Shown here: positions 29,505 to 40,288 of the stretch, piece by piece
How the letters are laid out: the number at the start of each line of letters is the position of its first letter
Position numbering within the stretch: position 1 is the stretch's first letter
Assembly: GCA_964499705.1 (NCBI GenBank)
Contig: CAZCME010000025.1
Coordinates: 1 to 61,961, forward strand
Direction: 5' to 3'
DNA from: an uncultured bacterium
GTDB lineage: Bacteria > UBA8481
DNA: 61,961 nt
Made by a program: the position numbers and the translations under genes
Notes under the pieces: model-generated
What the model saw: only the letters and a program-made list of their open reading frames with translations
Told to the model about the DNA's origin: nothing
Databases searched by the model: none

Positions 29505-30557
29505 ATGACAAAAATCGCCGTGGCCATGTCCGGGGGCGTGGACTCCTCCACGGTCTTCATGATGCTGCGCGCCGCCGGGCATGATGTCTTCGGCGTCACG
29601 ATGCGTCATCTCCCGAAGGAAATGGCACGGGAGCGCGTTGGCTCGTGCTGCGCTCCTTCGGCGCTCGCGGCCGCCGGACGGCTGACGCGCGCGCACGATG
29701 CGGCGCATCACGTCTTCGGGCTCGAGGAGGAATTTGCCGCCGCGGTGATGAAGCCGTCGGCGAAATCCTACGCGATCGGCGTGACGCCGAATCCGTGCGT
29801 CTGGTGCAACGAGCGCGTGAAGTTCGATCTGCTCTTCCGACGCGCGATGGCCCTGGGAGCCGACGTCTTTGCCACGGGGCATTATGCGCGGATCAAGGAG
29901 GGGAGATTGTGCCGGGCCGTGGACCGCGCTCGCGACCAGTCCTATTTCCTGTATCGCGTTCATCCCGATGTTCTTGCGCGGACATCGTTTCCGCTGGGCG
30001 GATTGACGAAGGAGGAAGTGCGGGAGAAGGCTCGGGCTTTCGGGATCGAGATGGCGGACAAGGAGGATTCGATGGATGTCTGCTTCGCGCCCGCCGGCGA
30101 TTTTTCCGATGCGTTTCGCCGGCATGCTCCGGAAGCGATGGAGTCCGGCGATGTGGTGGACGAAAGGGGCGCGGTCGTGGGAACCCATGCCGGGATCGGC
30201 CGCGTGACGATCGGGCAGAGGAGAGGACTGGGCATTCCGACCGGCGGCAGAGTTTACGTGCGCGCGATCGATCCGGATTCGCGTCGCGTCACGATAGGGG
30301 ATAGGCCGGTCACAACGGAGGTCCGCCTGGAGGATTGCACATGGGTCGACGACCTGACCGATCCCCTTCGTGCCACCGCGCGAATTAGGTCGCAGCATGC
30401 GGGAACGGATGTGGTCGTCGAGCGTCGGGGGAATTCCGCGCGCGCCGTATTCGGCGAGCCTCAAGCGGGAGTGACGCCAGGGCAGTCTCTCGTCTGCTAC
30501 CAGGGAGATGAAGTTCTCGGCGGAGGCGTCATGGTGGCTGATTCGTCCAGTATTTAG
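29505..30557 (+). CDS. mnmA: tRNA 2-thiouridine(34) synthase MnmA
   Basis: [11 protein letters not shown]-loop, [35 protein letters not shown] and TPGQ. Confidence 0.96.
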   Translation: MTKIAVAMSGGVDSSTVFMMLRAAGHDVFGVTMRHLPKEMARERVGSCCAPSALAAAGRLTRAHDAAHHVFGLEEEFAAAVMKPSAKSYAIGVTPNPCVWCNERVKFDLLFRRAMALGADVFATGHYARIKEGRLCRAVDRARDQSYFLYRVHPDVLARTSFPLGGLTKEEVREKARAFGIEMADKEDSMDVCFAPAGDFSDAFRRHAPEAMESGDVVDERGAVVGTHAGIGRVTIGQRRGLGIPTGGRVYVRAIDPDSRRVTIGDRPVTTEVRLEDCTWVDDLTDPLRATARIRSQHAGTDVVVERRGNSARAVFGEPQAGVTPGQSLVCYQGDEVLGGGVMVADSSSI

Positions 30558-30588
30558 AGCCCGTCCCAATCCTAACTCGCGCTTTCCC

Positions 30589-30621
30589 AATGTTGCAATG
30601 TTGGAGAATGACCCCTATTCT
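30589..30621 (+). promoter_or_regulatory. Solitary repeat arm coinciding with the aroC promoter
   Basis: 30589-30620 matches the reverse complement of 41784-41815 at 30 of 32 nt and contains TTGCAA-N17-TATTCT, 6 nt before the aroC ATG. Confidence 0.65.
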
Positions 30622-30627
30622 CTCTTC

Positions 30628-31707
30628 ATGGGAAATACGTTCGGGACTCTCTTTCGCATCACATCTTTCGGCGAATCGCACGGCAAGGCGATCGGCGTCG
30701 TGGTGGATGGAGTTCCGCCCGGACTCGCGGTCACCGAAGATGACATCAATGCCGAACTTCGGCGAAGGCGACCGGGCCAGTCGAAGCTTGTCACGCAGCG
30801 CATGGAGTCGGATGCCTGCGAGATTCTTTCCGGTGTCGAGCAGGGCGTGACGCTGGGGACGCCGATCGGCGTCCTCGTCCGGAACGAGGACGCCCGTCCC
30901 GATGCCTACTCCGAGATGCGCGACCTCTACCGCCCCTCTCACGCCGATTTCACATACGACGCGAAGTATGGAGTGCAGGCGTCTTCGGGAGGAGGACGCG
31001 CGAGCGCGCGGGAGACGATCGCGCGCGTGATCGGAGGCGTCATCGCGATGAAGGCTCTGCGGGAGATCGCGCCCGTGGAGGTCGTCGCGTACGTGCGGTC
31101 GGTTCATGATATCTCCGCGGAGATCGATTCCGGCACCGTGACGCGCGAGGACGTCGAGGCGAACCCGGTTCGCTGTCCCGACCCGGAGACGGCGGCGCGA
31201 ATGATCGAGAAGATCGAGGAAGCGCGGCGATCGGGCGATTCCGTCGGCGGCGTCATCGAGTGCGTGGCGCGCGGCGTTCCCGCGGGCTGGGGCGATCCGG
31301 TCTTCGACAAGATCGAGGCGACGCTGGCGCAGGCGATCCTCTCGCTTCCCGCCGTGAAGGGTTTCGAGGTCGGATCCGGATTCGCCGGAACGCGCATCAC
31401 GGGAAGCGAGCACAACGATCCTTTCATCCTTAAAGACGGCCGCGTCGGCACGACGACGAATTTTTCGGGAGGGATCCAGGGAGGAATCACGAACGGCGAG
31501 GCGATCATCCTCCGCGCCGCGTTCAAGCCGACGGCGACGATCAACAAGGAGCAGGACACCTTGACCCGGGAGGGGAAAGCGGTGAAACTGAAAGCTAGGG
31601 GGCGCCACGATCCCTGTGTCCTGCCGCGCGCCGTGCCGATCGTGGAGGCGATGGTGGCGCTCGTTCTCGCGGATCACGCGCTCCGGCACAGGGGGCAGTG
31701 CGGATGA
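30628..31707 (+). CDS. aroC: Chorismate synthase
   Basis: [43 protein letters not shown] and GRHDPCV. Confidence 0.97.
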   Translation: MGNTFGTLFRITSFGESHGKAIGVVVDGVPPGLAVTEDDINAELRRRRPGQSKLVTQRMESDACEILSGVEQGVTLGTPIGVLVRNEDARPDAYSEMRDLYRPSHADFTYDAKYGVQASSGGGRASARETIARVIGGVIAMKALREIAPVEVVAYVRSVHDISAEIDSGTVTREDVEANPVRCPDPETAARMIEKIEEARRSGDSVGGVIECVARGVPAGWGDPVFDKIEATLAQAILSLPAVKGFEVGSGFAGTRITGSEHNDPFILKDGRVGTTTNFSGGIQGGITNGEAIILRAAFKPTATINKEQDTLTREGKAVKLKARGRHDPCVLPRAVPIVEAMVALVLADHALRHRGQCG

Positions 31708-34274
31708 GCGACACGAGACATGCCCTGGTGAATACAATCCAATTTCCAATTTCAAATTTCCAATTTCAAATTATCAATATGTTCACCTGCTTTTGCTTTT
31801 CATGCTTTCTTCTGCTTCCTGTTTACGCTTCTCCGAAAATCGCGCGCCTCCCCAACGGTCTCACCGTCATCACGGATCCTCGTCCCGGCGCGGCCGTGAC
31901 GGCGGTGCAGCTCTGGGTGCAGGCGGGCTCGATCGACGAGGCGGAAAAGACCCTGGGGCTGGCGCACTTCATGGAGCATATGCTCTTCAAGGGCACGACG
32001 ACGCGGGATGTGGGCAATATTCATGCGGAGGTCGAGCGGAACGGCGGCGACATGAACGCGGCCACGTCCGACGACTGGACGTACTACCACATCACGATCC
32101 CGTCTTCCGAATGGAAGATGGCGCTCGACCTGCTTCTCGACATCGCGGTGAACGCGACCTTTCCGGACTCCGAGGTCACGCGCGAACGGGAAGTCATCAA
32201 GGAGGAGATCGCGCGACGGGATGATAATCCCGAGGCGCTTCTTTACGACAATCTCGGGCGCGCCGCCTACAAGGTCCATCCTTACCGCTGGCGGGTCATC
32301 GGGAACGACACGAGCCTGAACCGGATCACGCGGCCGGTCTTCCTGGATTTCTACCGCCGCCACTACGTGCCGTGGAAGCAGGCGATCGTTCTTGTCGGGG
32401 ATTTCGACACGGCTCATGTCGTTCGCAGAGTCGCGGAGACGCTCGGGAAAATTTCCCGAGGGAAAGTTCGCCCGGATCCCGCGAGGCCGATGGAACCGCC
32501 GACGAAGCCGGAGGAACTGGTCGTGCCGGCGCGGACCCAGCTGGCATACGGAGCCGTCTCCTATCCGGCTCCGTCCGCGAAGGAACTCCTTGCCAATGTC
32601 GCCGGCGACATCCTCGGCGATCTGCTGACGGCTCCGGGTTCCGGCAGGCTCATGAAGAATCTCGTGGAATCGAAGCGGATCGCCGATGCCGTCGAGTTCT
32701 CTTTTCCGACCTCGCGCGATCCCGCCCGCTTCTCCATCACGTACACGGCTCCGCCCGCGAACCGCGCGGCGATCGAGGAGGAGATTCGCAAGGAGCTTCG
32801 CATCCTTGTCGCCGACGGTGTGACGGCCGCCGAGCTGTCCGGCGTCATCGACCGGATGAAGCGAGGCCGCCGGCTCAGGAACGAATCCAGCGCGTCGCGC
32901 GCGTTCAATCTCGGTTTCTGGTTCGCGGTGACGCGGCCGGAAGATGCCGACGCCTACGAGCGCGCGCTCGATACGATCACGCCGCGCGATATCGAGGCGT
33001 TCGCGAAGCGCTTTCTCGACGATCGGCGCGCCGTGACCGTCGTGGTCGAGCCCGCGGCGATCGCGACGGGAAGCGACATCCTGGCTGAGACCGCGATTAT
33101 CTGGAGGCCGCACGCCGGGGAACTGGCCTCGGTAGGACTCTTCTTCACCGGAGGCCAATCGCTGGAGCCGCGGCCGGGATGGGCGGCCACGCTTTCCGGA
33201 GTCATGGCGCGGGGGGTCGCGGGCAAGACGCACGAAGAATTCGAGCGGGATTTGGCGAGCCTCGGGCTGACGGTCTCGGCGTCCGCCGCTCCGGATCTCT
33301 TCTCCGTGATCGGCACGTGCGAGCCGGCGCGCGCGGGCCTGCTCGTCAACACGCTCTTCGATGTGGTGACGAATCCGAACATGGCCGACCTGGAGATCGT
33401 CCGCGAGTCGCTCCTGGATTCCCTTCGCGGCCGGGCGGATCGCCCGTTCGAGACCGGGCTCGACAAGCTGAACGCGCTCCGGTTTCCCGGGCATCCTTAC
33501 GGCCGTCCCGATGCCGGCGATGAAACCGGAGTTCGCGCCGCCGGCGTCGAAGCGCTTCGGGACTATCTCCGGACGCTACATATCCGCGACCGCCTTCGCG
33601 TCGTCGTCGTGGGCTCCGCCGACACGGCGATGATCCGCCGTGCCGTCGCGGAACGCATTTCCACCTGGCCGGCCGGCGCCGATCTCCCGCTTCCCATTCC
33701 GGATGCCGTGACATCCGGCGTCGTCTCGGAACTGGCTCCGACAGCCCAGACGATCGTGCTCCGCTCCGTCGCCGCTCCGCCCGTCTCCGATCCCGACTAC
33801 CCGAAATGGAAAGTCGCGAACGCGATTCTCGGAGGCCGGAGCGCGTCGCGGCTCTTCAGGATCATCCGGGAGGAGCGCGGGCTCGCGTATGCCGTCGGAT
33901 CCTTCTATGCCACCCGGAGGTTGGGCGCTCACCTCGTCTTCTATGCCGGCTGCCGGCCTCCATTCGCCGCTCAGGTTCGAGCGCATTATCCGGAAGCCCT
34001 GTATCCGCCCACGCCGGCGGAGATGGACGATGCGATCCGCAGCCTGACGGGCGACTTCGCGCGCGACCATGAGCGCGTGGAGCGGCGCGCATGGTATCTC
34101 GGGTGGTACGCGGCGATCGGTCTCGACGCCTCGTATGATGAAAAATTCTCCGATGCGATTCGCGGTGTCACCCTCGGCGACGTGGAATCCGTCTTCGAAA
34201 AAGTGAGAACCGCGCCGGTCATCGATCTGACGTACGGCGCCGCACCGCTTCCGGAAACGGCGAGCGAGCCGTGA
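31704..34274 (+). CDS. M16 family (pitrilysin-like) zinc peptidase, fused two-half form
   Basis: [14 protein letters not shown] (HxxEH), MNAATS and [15 protein letters not shown]. The start is 31704 (ATGA overlap) or 31779. Confidence 0.92.
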   Translation: MSDTRHALVNTIQFPISNFQFQIINMFTCFCFSCFLLLPVYASPKIARLPNGLTVITDPRPGAAVTAVQLWVQAGSIDEAEKTLGLAHFMEHMLFKGTTTRDVGNIHAEVERNGGDMNAATSDDWTYYHITIPSSEWKMALDLLLDIAVNATFPDSEVTREREVIKEEIARRDDNPEALLYDNLGRAAYKVHPYRWRVIGNDTSLNRITRPVFLDFYRRHYVPWKQAIVLVGDFDTAHVVRRVAETLGKISRGKVRPDPARPMEPPTKPEELVVPARTQLAYGAVSYPAPSAKELLANVAGDILGDLLTAPGSGRLMKNLVESKRIADAVEFSFPTSRDPARFSITYTAPPANRAAIEEEIRKELRILVADGVTAAELSGVIDRMKRGRRLRNESSASRAFNLGFWFAVTRPEDADAYERALDTITPRDIEAFAKRFLDDRRAVTVVVEPAAIATGSDILAETAIIWRPHAGELASVGLFFTGGQSLEPRPGWAATLSGVMARGVAGKTHEEFERDLASLGLTVSASAAPDLFSVIGTCEPARAGLLVNTLFDVVTNPNMADLEIVRESLLDSLRGRADRPFETGLDKLNALRFPGHPYGRPDAGDETGVRAAGVEALRDYLRTLHIRDRLRVVVVGSADTAMIRRAVAERISTWPAGADLPLPIPDAVTSGVVSELAPTAQTIVLRSVAAPPVSDPDYPKWKVANAILGGRSASRLFRIIREERGLAYAVGSFYATRRLGAHLVFYAGCRPPFAAQVRAHYPEALYPPTPAEMDDAIRSLTGDFARDHERVERRAWYLGWYAAIGLDASYDEKFSDAIRGVTLGDVESVFEKVRTAPVIDLTYGAAPLPETASEP
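31736..31778. repeat. Short AT-rich 7-bp tandem repeat (AATTTCC/AATTTCA)
   Basis: aatttcc aatttca aatttcc aatttca aattatc aat, an AT-rich island in a GC-rich context. Confidence 0.7.
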
Positions 34275-35410
34275 CCGAGCATCTCGTCGTCAAGATCCAG
34301 AAATGGGTTATTTGGGGAGTTCTCGCCTACGTCGTGTATCTCATGCACAGTCTCTTCACCGTCGTCTTCCTGACGTTCATCCTCTCCTACATCGGCAACA
34401 GCGCCGTCTCCTTCCTGACGAGGCGTTTCCAGTACCGGCGGTTCAATCTCACGCTCATCTATTTTGTCTTCATCAGCCTCCTCCTGGCATTCGCCTCCGT
34501 CGTCATCCCGCGCGTCTTTTCCGAAGCGCGCGACCTCGCGCAGCATCAGATCGTGGAGAGCCAATCCGACACGATGCCTCAGGTCCCTGTGGCAATGCAC
34601 GGGCCGCTCGCGGATGGCGACACGCAGGCGCGCGCCGCAAGCCCTGTCCTGACGCGCGAGACGAAGAAGTATCTCGACCGCGCCATCATCCAGATCATGG
34701 GGAGGGATTACTTCCAGACGTTCCGGAAATCATCCGCCTACGACGACCTGGTCGTGAAGGTGGAAGATTACATCACGGCTTTCATTCCTCGGATCGTCGA
34801 CGGCGTGAAAGGTTTCGTGAACAACCTCCTGAAGGTCGCGTTCCACTTTCTCCTCTCCATCATCTTCTCGTTTCTCATCATCTGGGATCTGCCGCGTCTC
34901 TCGGAAAGCGTCCGGTCGTTCGGGCAGGGGCGCACGGCAGAAGCCTACGCGGAAATTTCGCCCGGCCTCCGGGCTTTCGGCGTCATGCTCGGCAAGGCCT
35001 TCGAGGCGCAGACGGGGATCGCTTTCGTGAATGCCACGCTTACGGCGATCGGATTCTGGCTCCTCGACATTCCATCCCTCGCGCTTCTTTCCACCATCGT
35101 CTTCTTCTGCTCCTACATTCCCGTCCTCGGCGTCATCCTCAGCTCCCTGCCCGCGGCGCTCCTGGCCTTCAAGATCGGCGGCATCATCACCGTCCTGTGG
35201 CTCGTCGTCATGGTCCTGGCCGTGCACGCGATCGAGACCTACATGCTGAACCCGATCATCTACGGGCATCATCTCAAGATGCATCCGGTCGGAGTTCTTG
35301 TTATTCTCCTGACGGGCGAACATCTCTTCGGGCTCTGGGGCATGATCCTCGGCGTGCCGGTCTCGGCGTTCGTCCTGAAATACGTCCTGCAAGGAGAACA
35401 GATCGAGTGA
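34271..35410 (+). CDS. AI-2E family transporter (PerM-like)
   Basis: Multiple TM segments; SYIPVLG, IETYMLNPIIYG, MHPVGVLV and GLWGMILGVP. Confidence 0.9.
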   Translation: MTEHLVVKIQKWVIWGVLAYVVYLMHSLFTVVFLTFILSYIGNSAVSFLTRRFQYRRFNLTLIYFVFISLLLAFASVVIPRVFSEARDLAQHQIVESQSDTMPQVPVAMHGPLADGDTQARAASPVLTRETKKYLDRAIIQIMGRDYFQTFRKSSAYDDLVVKVEDYITAFIPRIVDGVKGFVNNLLKVAFHFLLSIIFSFLIIWDLPRLSESVRSFGQGRTAEAYAEISPGLRAFGVMLGKAFEAQTGIAFVNATLTAIGFWLLDIPSLALLSTIVFFCSYIPVLGVILSSLPAALLAFKIGGIITVLWLVVMVLAVHAIETYMLNPIIYGHHLKMHPVGVLVILLTGEHLFGLWGMILGVPVSAFVLKYVLQGEQIE

Positions 35411-35808
35411 AGATCGACATGCTGCGCCTGGAGGCGCTGGCGGACATGATGGAGCAGAGGGATCTCGTGGAGGTCGAACTGGCCGACGGGGACAGCGCGA
35501 TCATGCTGGAACTGGCTCCGCCGCGCCGCGGTCGGAAGAAGCTCATCGACGATCAGGTGGAGGATCCCGGCGTCACGGTCACATCCTCGCGCGTCGGGAT
35601 TTTTCTGAAGCGCGTTTCGGTGGGAGACCAGGTGGCCGAGGGAGGACTTCTTGCGGAGCTGCGCGTCATGGATGTGAAATATCGCGTCACGTCGCCCGCC
35701 TCGGGCGTCGTCGAGGAAATCTTCGTGGAGGACGGCATGGGAGTCGAATACGGCCAGCCGCTCCTGAAGCTCGATCCGGGTTCCTCCCCGACTCCCCGGC
35801 AGGAATGA
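35407..35808 (+). CDS. accB: Biotin carboxyl carrier protein-like (biotinyl/lipoyl fold) lacking the canonical MKM lysine
   Basis: AccB-type N-terminus and TSSRVGIF...VSVGDQV...SGVVEEIFVEDGMGVEYGQPL; directly upstream of accC. The biotinylation site reads RVMDV. Confidence 0.8.
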   Translation: MKIDMLRLEALADMMEQRDLVEVELADGDSAIMLELAPPRRGRKKLIDDQVEDPGVTVTSSRVGIFLKRVSVGDQVAEGGLLAELRVMDVKYRVTSPASGVVEEIFVEDGMGVEYGQPLLKLDPGSSPTPRQE

Positions 35809-37157
35809 TGCCCACCTTTCGTCGAGTGCTCATCGCCAACCGCGGCGAGATCGCCGTGCGGATCATCCGCGCCTGCCGCGAGCTCGGCATCGAAACCGTG
35901 GCGGTCCATTCCGACGTCGACGCGGATTCGCTGCACGTCAAGCTCGCCGACGAGAGCATCTGCATCGGCCCGGCTCCGTCGCGCGATTCCTACCTGAACA
36001 TCGCGGCCATTCTCTCCGCGGCGAAGATCACGGGCGCCGACGCGATTCATCCCGGTTACGGATTTCTCGCGGAGAACGACCGGTTCGCGGAGCTCGTGGA
36101 GCAGAGCGGATTCTGCTTCATCGGACCGTCGGCGACCTCGATCCGCGCGATGGGCAACAAGGTCGCGGCCCGGAAGCGCATGGAGGAAGCCGGCGTGCCG
36201 GTCGTTCCGGGCCTGTATCTGAACGGCCAGTCGACGTCCTCCGATGTGATTGCGAAGGTGAAGCCGCCGCTTCTGATCAAGGCCGCCGCGGGCGGCGGAG
36301 GGCGCGGCATGCGCGTCGTGCGCGCCGAGGAGGATTTCGATTCGTCGCTTCTGGCGGCGCAGAACGAGGCGCAGTCCGCCTTCGGATCCCGCGAGGTGTA
36401 CATCGAGCGTTATCTTGAACGGGCGCGGCATATCGAGATCCAGGTTGTGGCGGACCGGTTCGGAAAGACGATTCATCTCGGCGAGCGCGATTGTTCCACG
36501 CAGCGCCGTCACCAGAAGCTCGTGGAGGAAGCGCCGTCGCCGGTCCTGACGCCGGAACTGCGGCACCGGATGGGGGAGGCCGCGATCGCCGCCGCCGCCG
36601 CCGTCGGATATTACACGGTCGGCACGATCGAATTCATGCTGACGCAGGACATGGAATTCTATTTTCTGGAGATGAACACGCGGATCCAGGTGGAGCATCC
36701 CGTGACGGAGCTCGTGACGAACGTCGACCTCGTCAAGCTCCAGATCCTCCTGGCCGCCGGCGAGCCTTTGGCGATGGAGAGCATGGAGGAGTTGAACGGC
36801 CACGCGATCGAGTGCCGGATCAATTCCGAGGATTACACGAAGAACTTCGCTCCGCAGGGCGGCACCGTGAAAGCCCTGCATCTGCCCGGAGGCCCCGGCA
36901 TCAGGATCGACACGCACATCTACGAAGGGTATCGCATCCCGACGAACTACGATTCGCTCCTGATGAAGATCCTCGCCAAGGGTTCCAACCGCCGCGAGGC
37001 GATCATCCGGATGCAGCGCGCTCTCGGCGAGCTGGTGATCGAGGGAGTGCCGACGACGGCTTCGTTCCATCGGAAATTTCTCGACGATGAAAATTTCATC
37101 AACGGAGCGATCGACACGGGTTATGTGGAGAGATGGTTAGGCTCTACCCGATCATAG
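35805..37157 (+). CDS. accC: Acetyl-CoA carboxylase biotin carboxylase subunit
   Basis: LIANRGEIA, HPGYGFLAEN, GGGGRGM, ERDCSTQRRHQK, FLEMNTRIQVEHPVTE and YDSL. Confidence 0.96.
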   Translation: MMPTFRRVLIANRGEIAVRIIRACRELGIETVAVHSDVDADSLHVKLADESICIGPAPSRDSYLNIAAILSAAKITGADAIHPGYGFLAENDRFAELVEQSGFCFIGPSATSIRAMGNKVAARKRMEEAGVPVVPGLYLNGQSTSSDVIAKVKPPLLIKAAAGGGGRGMRVVRAEEDFDSSLLAAQNEAQSAFGSREVYIERYLERARHIEIQVVADRFGKTIHLGERDCSTQRRHQKLVEEAPSPVLTPELRHRMGEAAIAAAAAVGYYTVGTIEFMLTQDMEFYFLEMNTRIQVEHPVTELVTNVDLVKLQILLAAGEPLAMESMEELNGHAIECRINSEDYTKNFAPQGGTVKALHLPGGPGIRIDTHIYEGYRIPTNYDSLLMKILAKGSNRREAIIRMQRALGELVIEGVPTTASFHRKFLDDENFINGAIDTGYVERWLGSTRS

Positions 37158-37771
37158 GACCGGGCGACGTCTTCGCCACCCGGTCCATCGTCTCCGATCT
37201 GTTGCGTTCGGGAATCCGGTATCTGCAGCTGCGCGCAGGCTCGCCTGGTAGCGGCTCCGCGGCCCGAACCCTCGCGGCCGCGAAGGAGCTCATGCCGGAG
37301 GCTTCCGAAACGAAGGTCACGCTCGTCGTTAACGACCGCGTCGACATCGCGCTCCTGGCCGGCTGCGGCGTCCACCTGGGCCAGTCCGATCTTTCCGCGG
37401 ACGATGCGCGCCGGCTTCTCGGATGGGACAAGGTCATAGGACTGTCGACGCACAACCGGGACGAGGCGCTGACCGTGGCCGGCGCCGATTATGTCGCCGT
37501 CGGGCCGGTCTTTCCCACCGACACGAAACAGGACGCCGCGCCGGCGATCGGACTCGCCGGGATCCGCGAGCTCGCGCAGGTCATCCGCACGCAGACGAGC
37601 CCCCGCAGGACGCCGGTCGTGGCGATCGGCGGGATCACGCCCGCGAATTTCCGCTCGTGCATCGAATCCGGAGCGGACTTCGTGGCCGCGATCTCGGCGC
37701 TTCGCGTCGCCGGACCTTCCTCGCGCCTGAGTCCGGATGCCGGTTCGTTGATCGAGAAATTTGAAGCGTGA
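37133..37771 (+). CDS. thiE: Thiamine-phosphate synthase
   Basis: QLR, VNDRVD, GVHLGQSD, GLSTH, GPVFPTDTK and VAIGGI. Confidence 0.9.
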   Translation: MVRLYPIIGPGDVFATRSIVSDLLRSGIRYLQLRAGSPGSGSAARTLAAAKELMPEASETKVTLVVNDRVDIALLAGCGVHLGQSDLSADDARRLLGWDKVIGLSTHNRDEALTVAGADYVAVGPVFPTDTKQDAAPAIGLAGIRELAQVIRTQTSPRRTPVVAIGGITPANFRSCIESGADFVAAISALRVAGPSSRLSPDAGSLIEKFEA

Positions 37772-38940
37772 GTAACGCGACGTACGATGCCATCGTCATC
37801 GGATCCGGTCCCGCCGGCGCGATGGCCGCGCGCACATTGGCGCGCCGGGGGCGGTCGGTGATGATGCTGGAGCGGGACAAGCTGCCGCGTCCGAAGGCGT
37901 GCGGCGGAGGGTTGACGGGCAACATACGCAAATCGATCGATTTCGAGCTCGACGATGTGGTCGAGAACGTGGTGACGCGGACCTTCTGCGTCTTCAAGGG
38001 AACACGGTCCATTCTTCTTCAACCGAAGGGCCTGCACGTCCAGATGGTGCAGCGCGACAAGTTCGACAACTACCTGACTCAGAGGGCGGTTGCGGATGGC
38101 GCGGAATTGCGCGATGGCACGCCGATGCGGAAGATGACATCGGAACATGGCTCGAAGATCATCGAGACCCCTTCCGGAACGTTCAAGGCGAAGGTGGTCA
38201 TCGGAGCCGACGGCGCGGCCAGCCCGACGGCTCGAGCGGCGGGGCTGCGCTTGAATACTCCGCTGGGTATCGCGATGGATGCCGACCTCGCCGTGCGACC
38301 CGAGCAGTACGAAAAGTGGAAAGACACCGCGATCTTCGACTTTGGCATCGTGCCTCACGGATACGGGTGGTCGTTTCCGAAGAAGGATTTCTTCTCGATC
38401 GGAGTCGGCACCGTGGAAAGTCATTTTCCGACGGCGCGCGCCCACCTGAATGACCTCATGGCTCGACATGAGTGCCTCCACGATTCTCTCTCCATGAAGC
38501 TTCGCTCCGCGCCGCTTCCGTTCTGGACTCACCACGAGGAAATCGCGGTCGATGGCGTTTTTCTGGCGGGAGATTCGGCCGGTCTCGTCGATCCGTTCTC
38601 CGGGGAAGGGATTTCCTACGCGCTCCGTTCGGGCACGCTGGCCGCCGAGTTCGCCGCCGCTCGCCTGGCCGGTGATTCATCCGCGGAAGCGGGATATAAC
38701 GAGATGATAGAGCGGACCATGGAGCGCGGGTTCGCCTTCGCGCTCCGGCTGGCGAACATATTTTTCGAGCATCCGAACGTGACCTACCACGTGGGGGTCA
38801 GATCGCAGGCCGTCAACGACATATTCGCGAAATTGATCGCTGGTGAAATTGATTACGTGGAGTTGTATCAGGAGCTCGCGGCATCGTGGCCGGGCCGCTT
38901 CTATCGGCTGTTGAAGCCCCTCCTGAAGGTGCTGAAATGA
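37768..38940 (+). CDS. Geranylgeranyl reductase family FAD-dependent oxidoreductase
   Basis: IGSGPAG, PRPKACGGG, IGADG, GYGWSFP and AGDSAGLVDPFSGEGI. Confidence 0.9.
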   Translation: MSNATYDAIVIGSGPAGAMAARTLARRGRSVMMLERDKLPRPKACGGGLTGNIRKSIDFELDDVVENVVTRTFCVFKGTRSILLQPKGLHVQMVQRDKFDNYLTQRAVADGAELRDGTPMRKMTSEHGSKIIETPSGTFKAKVVIGADGAASPTARAAGLRLNTPLGIAMDADLAVRPEQYEKWKDTAIFDFGIVPHGYGWSFPKKDFFSIGVGTVESHFPTARAHLNDLMARHECLHDSLSMKLRSAPLPFWTHHEEIAVDGVFLAGDSAGLVDPFSGEGISYALRSGTLAAEFAAARLAGDSSAEAGYNEMIERTMERGFAFALRLANIFFEHPNVTYHVGVRSQAVNDIFAKLIAGEIDYVELYQELAASWPGRFYRLLKPLLKVLK

Positions 38941-39092
38941 GAGGCAATTCCGCGGTGGCCGCTCTCTTCATCCTCCTCGCGTTCGTGGCGCTCTTCTTCG
39001 GAGTGCTCCTTGCCGAATCCTGGTTCTGGACGGGACTCCTGGCCCTCGTTTTCGCGGGCGTCTTCATGGCGTTCATCCTGCCTCGGATATGA
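38937..39092 (+). CDS. Small two-TM membrane protein (51 aa)
   Basis: MRGNSAVAALFILLAFVALFFG...; ATGA overlaps with both neighbours. Confidence 0.6.
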   Translation: MRGNSAVAALFILLAFVALFFGVLLAESWFWTGLLALVFAGVFMAFILPRI

Positions 39093-39421
39093 TCACGCTC
39101 GCCTGGCAGGACCGGCTTTTCATCTGGGAAAGCGCCGCGCTCCTGTTCGCCATAGGTCTGGCGTGGATCAACGGCTGGCCGAAGTACAGATCCGTCTGGG
39201 GTCTTCAACTTCGGATTTCCATGGTCTCGGAGGAAAACTGGCGCAAGCTCCATCGTCGCGTCGGATGGCTTGCGATCGGTCAGGCCGTCTGGCTCGCGCT
39301 TCCTTTTCCCAACGCCACGGTCGCCGCGCTCGTCCAGATTCCCGCCGCGCTCTTCGGCACGATCATCATCGTGGTGATGATCAAGAGGGAACTGGAAAAG
39401 GAATCGGCTGGAAAATCCTGA
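39089..39421 (+). CDS. SdpI/YhfL-like membrane protein
   Basis: WGLQLRISMVSEENWRKLHRRVG resembles the SdpI GxRtxxTxxsexxWxxtHR motif; three TM segments. Confidence 0.65.
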   Translation: MITLAWQDRLFIWESAALLFAIGLAWINGWPKYRSVWGLQLRISMVSEENWRKLHRRVGWLAIGQAVWLALPFPNATVAALVQIPAALFGTIIIVVMIKRELEKESAGKS

Positions 39422-39430
39422 GCACCTGCG

Positions 39431-40255
39431 TCAGTCCTGCGGCGCATCCGGCGCCATAGTTTCCCCGGCCGGTTTCAGGACGTGCCGTGTCCGGAGGCCC
39501 AGGTAAGGTCCCGAAACATAATAGATCGCCGCCAGTGTCAGCCATGCTCCGACAAAGTGCGTGAACAGGAGGATGATAATGAGGAGCAGCAGGACGAGCG
39601 TGCCGAAGGAATAGGGGCGGTCGGGCTTCAGGATGACCTTGGATGAGGGATAGCGGATATTGCAGAGCATGAGGTAGGAGAGGAGGAAGACGATGGATAT
39701 GACGATCCACTTCGGATACCCGGCCATGTCCTCTTTCTCCAGCGCCAGCACGAGGCCGACGACGACGCCCGCCGGGGCCGGAATCGGGGTGCCGCGGAAA
39801 TCACGTGAGCCGGTCGAAGCGTCGAGCGCGTTGAAGCGCGCGAGACGGAGCGCGCCTGCGATCGCGTAGAAGAGGGGAAAGATCCAGAAGGGGTGATGCG
39901 AGAGCCCGAAGCGCTGGTAGATCAGAAGCGCCGGAGCACAGCCGAACGACACGACGTCCGCGAGCGAATCCAGCTCGCTGCCGAACTTCGATTCCGTGCG
40001 CGTGATGCGCGCCATGGCGCCGTCGAGCATGTCGGCGAGCATCGCGAAGATGATGAGGTAGCTCGCCGTGACGTATTCGGCTTCGACCGAGTAGATGATC
40101 GACATGAAGCCGCAGCCGAAATTGCAGAGCGTGACGAGGGCGGGGAGAACGAAAATGCCCCGGCGCACGCGCTCGAACCGGCCGGGACGCGTCTCCCCGT
40201 AATCGTCGCTTCGACGTCCGAAGCGCCCCTGCCGCCACCGCGGACGACGGCTCAT
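39431..40255 (-). CDS. pssA: CDP-diacylglycerol--serine O-phosphatidyltransferase
   Basis: DMLDGAMAR...FGSELDSLADVVSFGCAP, LRLARFN and FRGTPIP; adjacent to psd. Confidence 0.93.
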   Translation of the reverse strand: MSRRPRWRQGRFGRRSDDYGETRPGRFERVRRGIFVLPALVTLCNFGCGFMSIIYSVEAEYVTASYLIIFAMLADMLDGAMARITRTESKFGSELDSLADVVSFGCAPALLIYQRFGLSHHPFWIFPLFYAIAGALRLARFNALDASTGSRDFRGTPIPAPAGVVVGLVLALEKEDMAGYPKWIVISIVFLLSYLMLCNIRYPSSKVILKPDRPYSFGTLVLLLLIIILLFTHFVGAWLTLAAIYYVSGPYLGLRTRHVLKPAGETMAPDAPQD

Positions 40256-40288
40256 GAGCCTTGCGGAGCCGTTACAACCGGGCTGGGA

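Noticed and set aside
34303-35406. Long N-terminal part of ORF 34303-35808
   Set aside because: It is an alternate-frame overlap of the AI-2E gene; only the part from GTG 35407 is BCCP-like.
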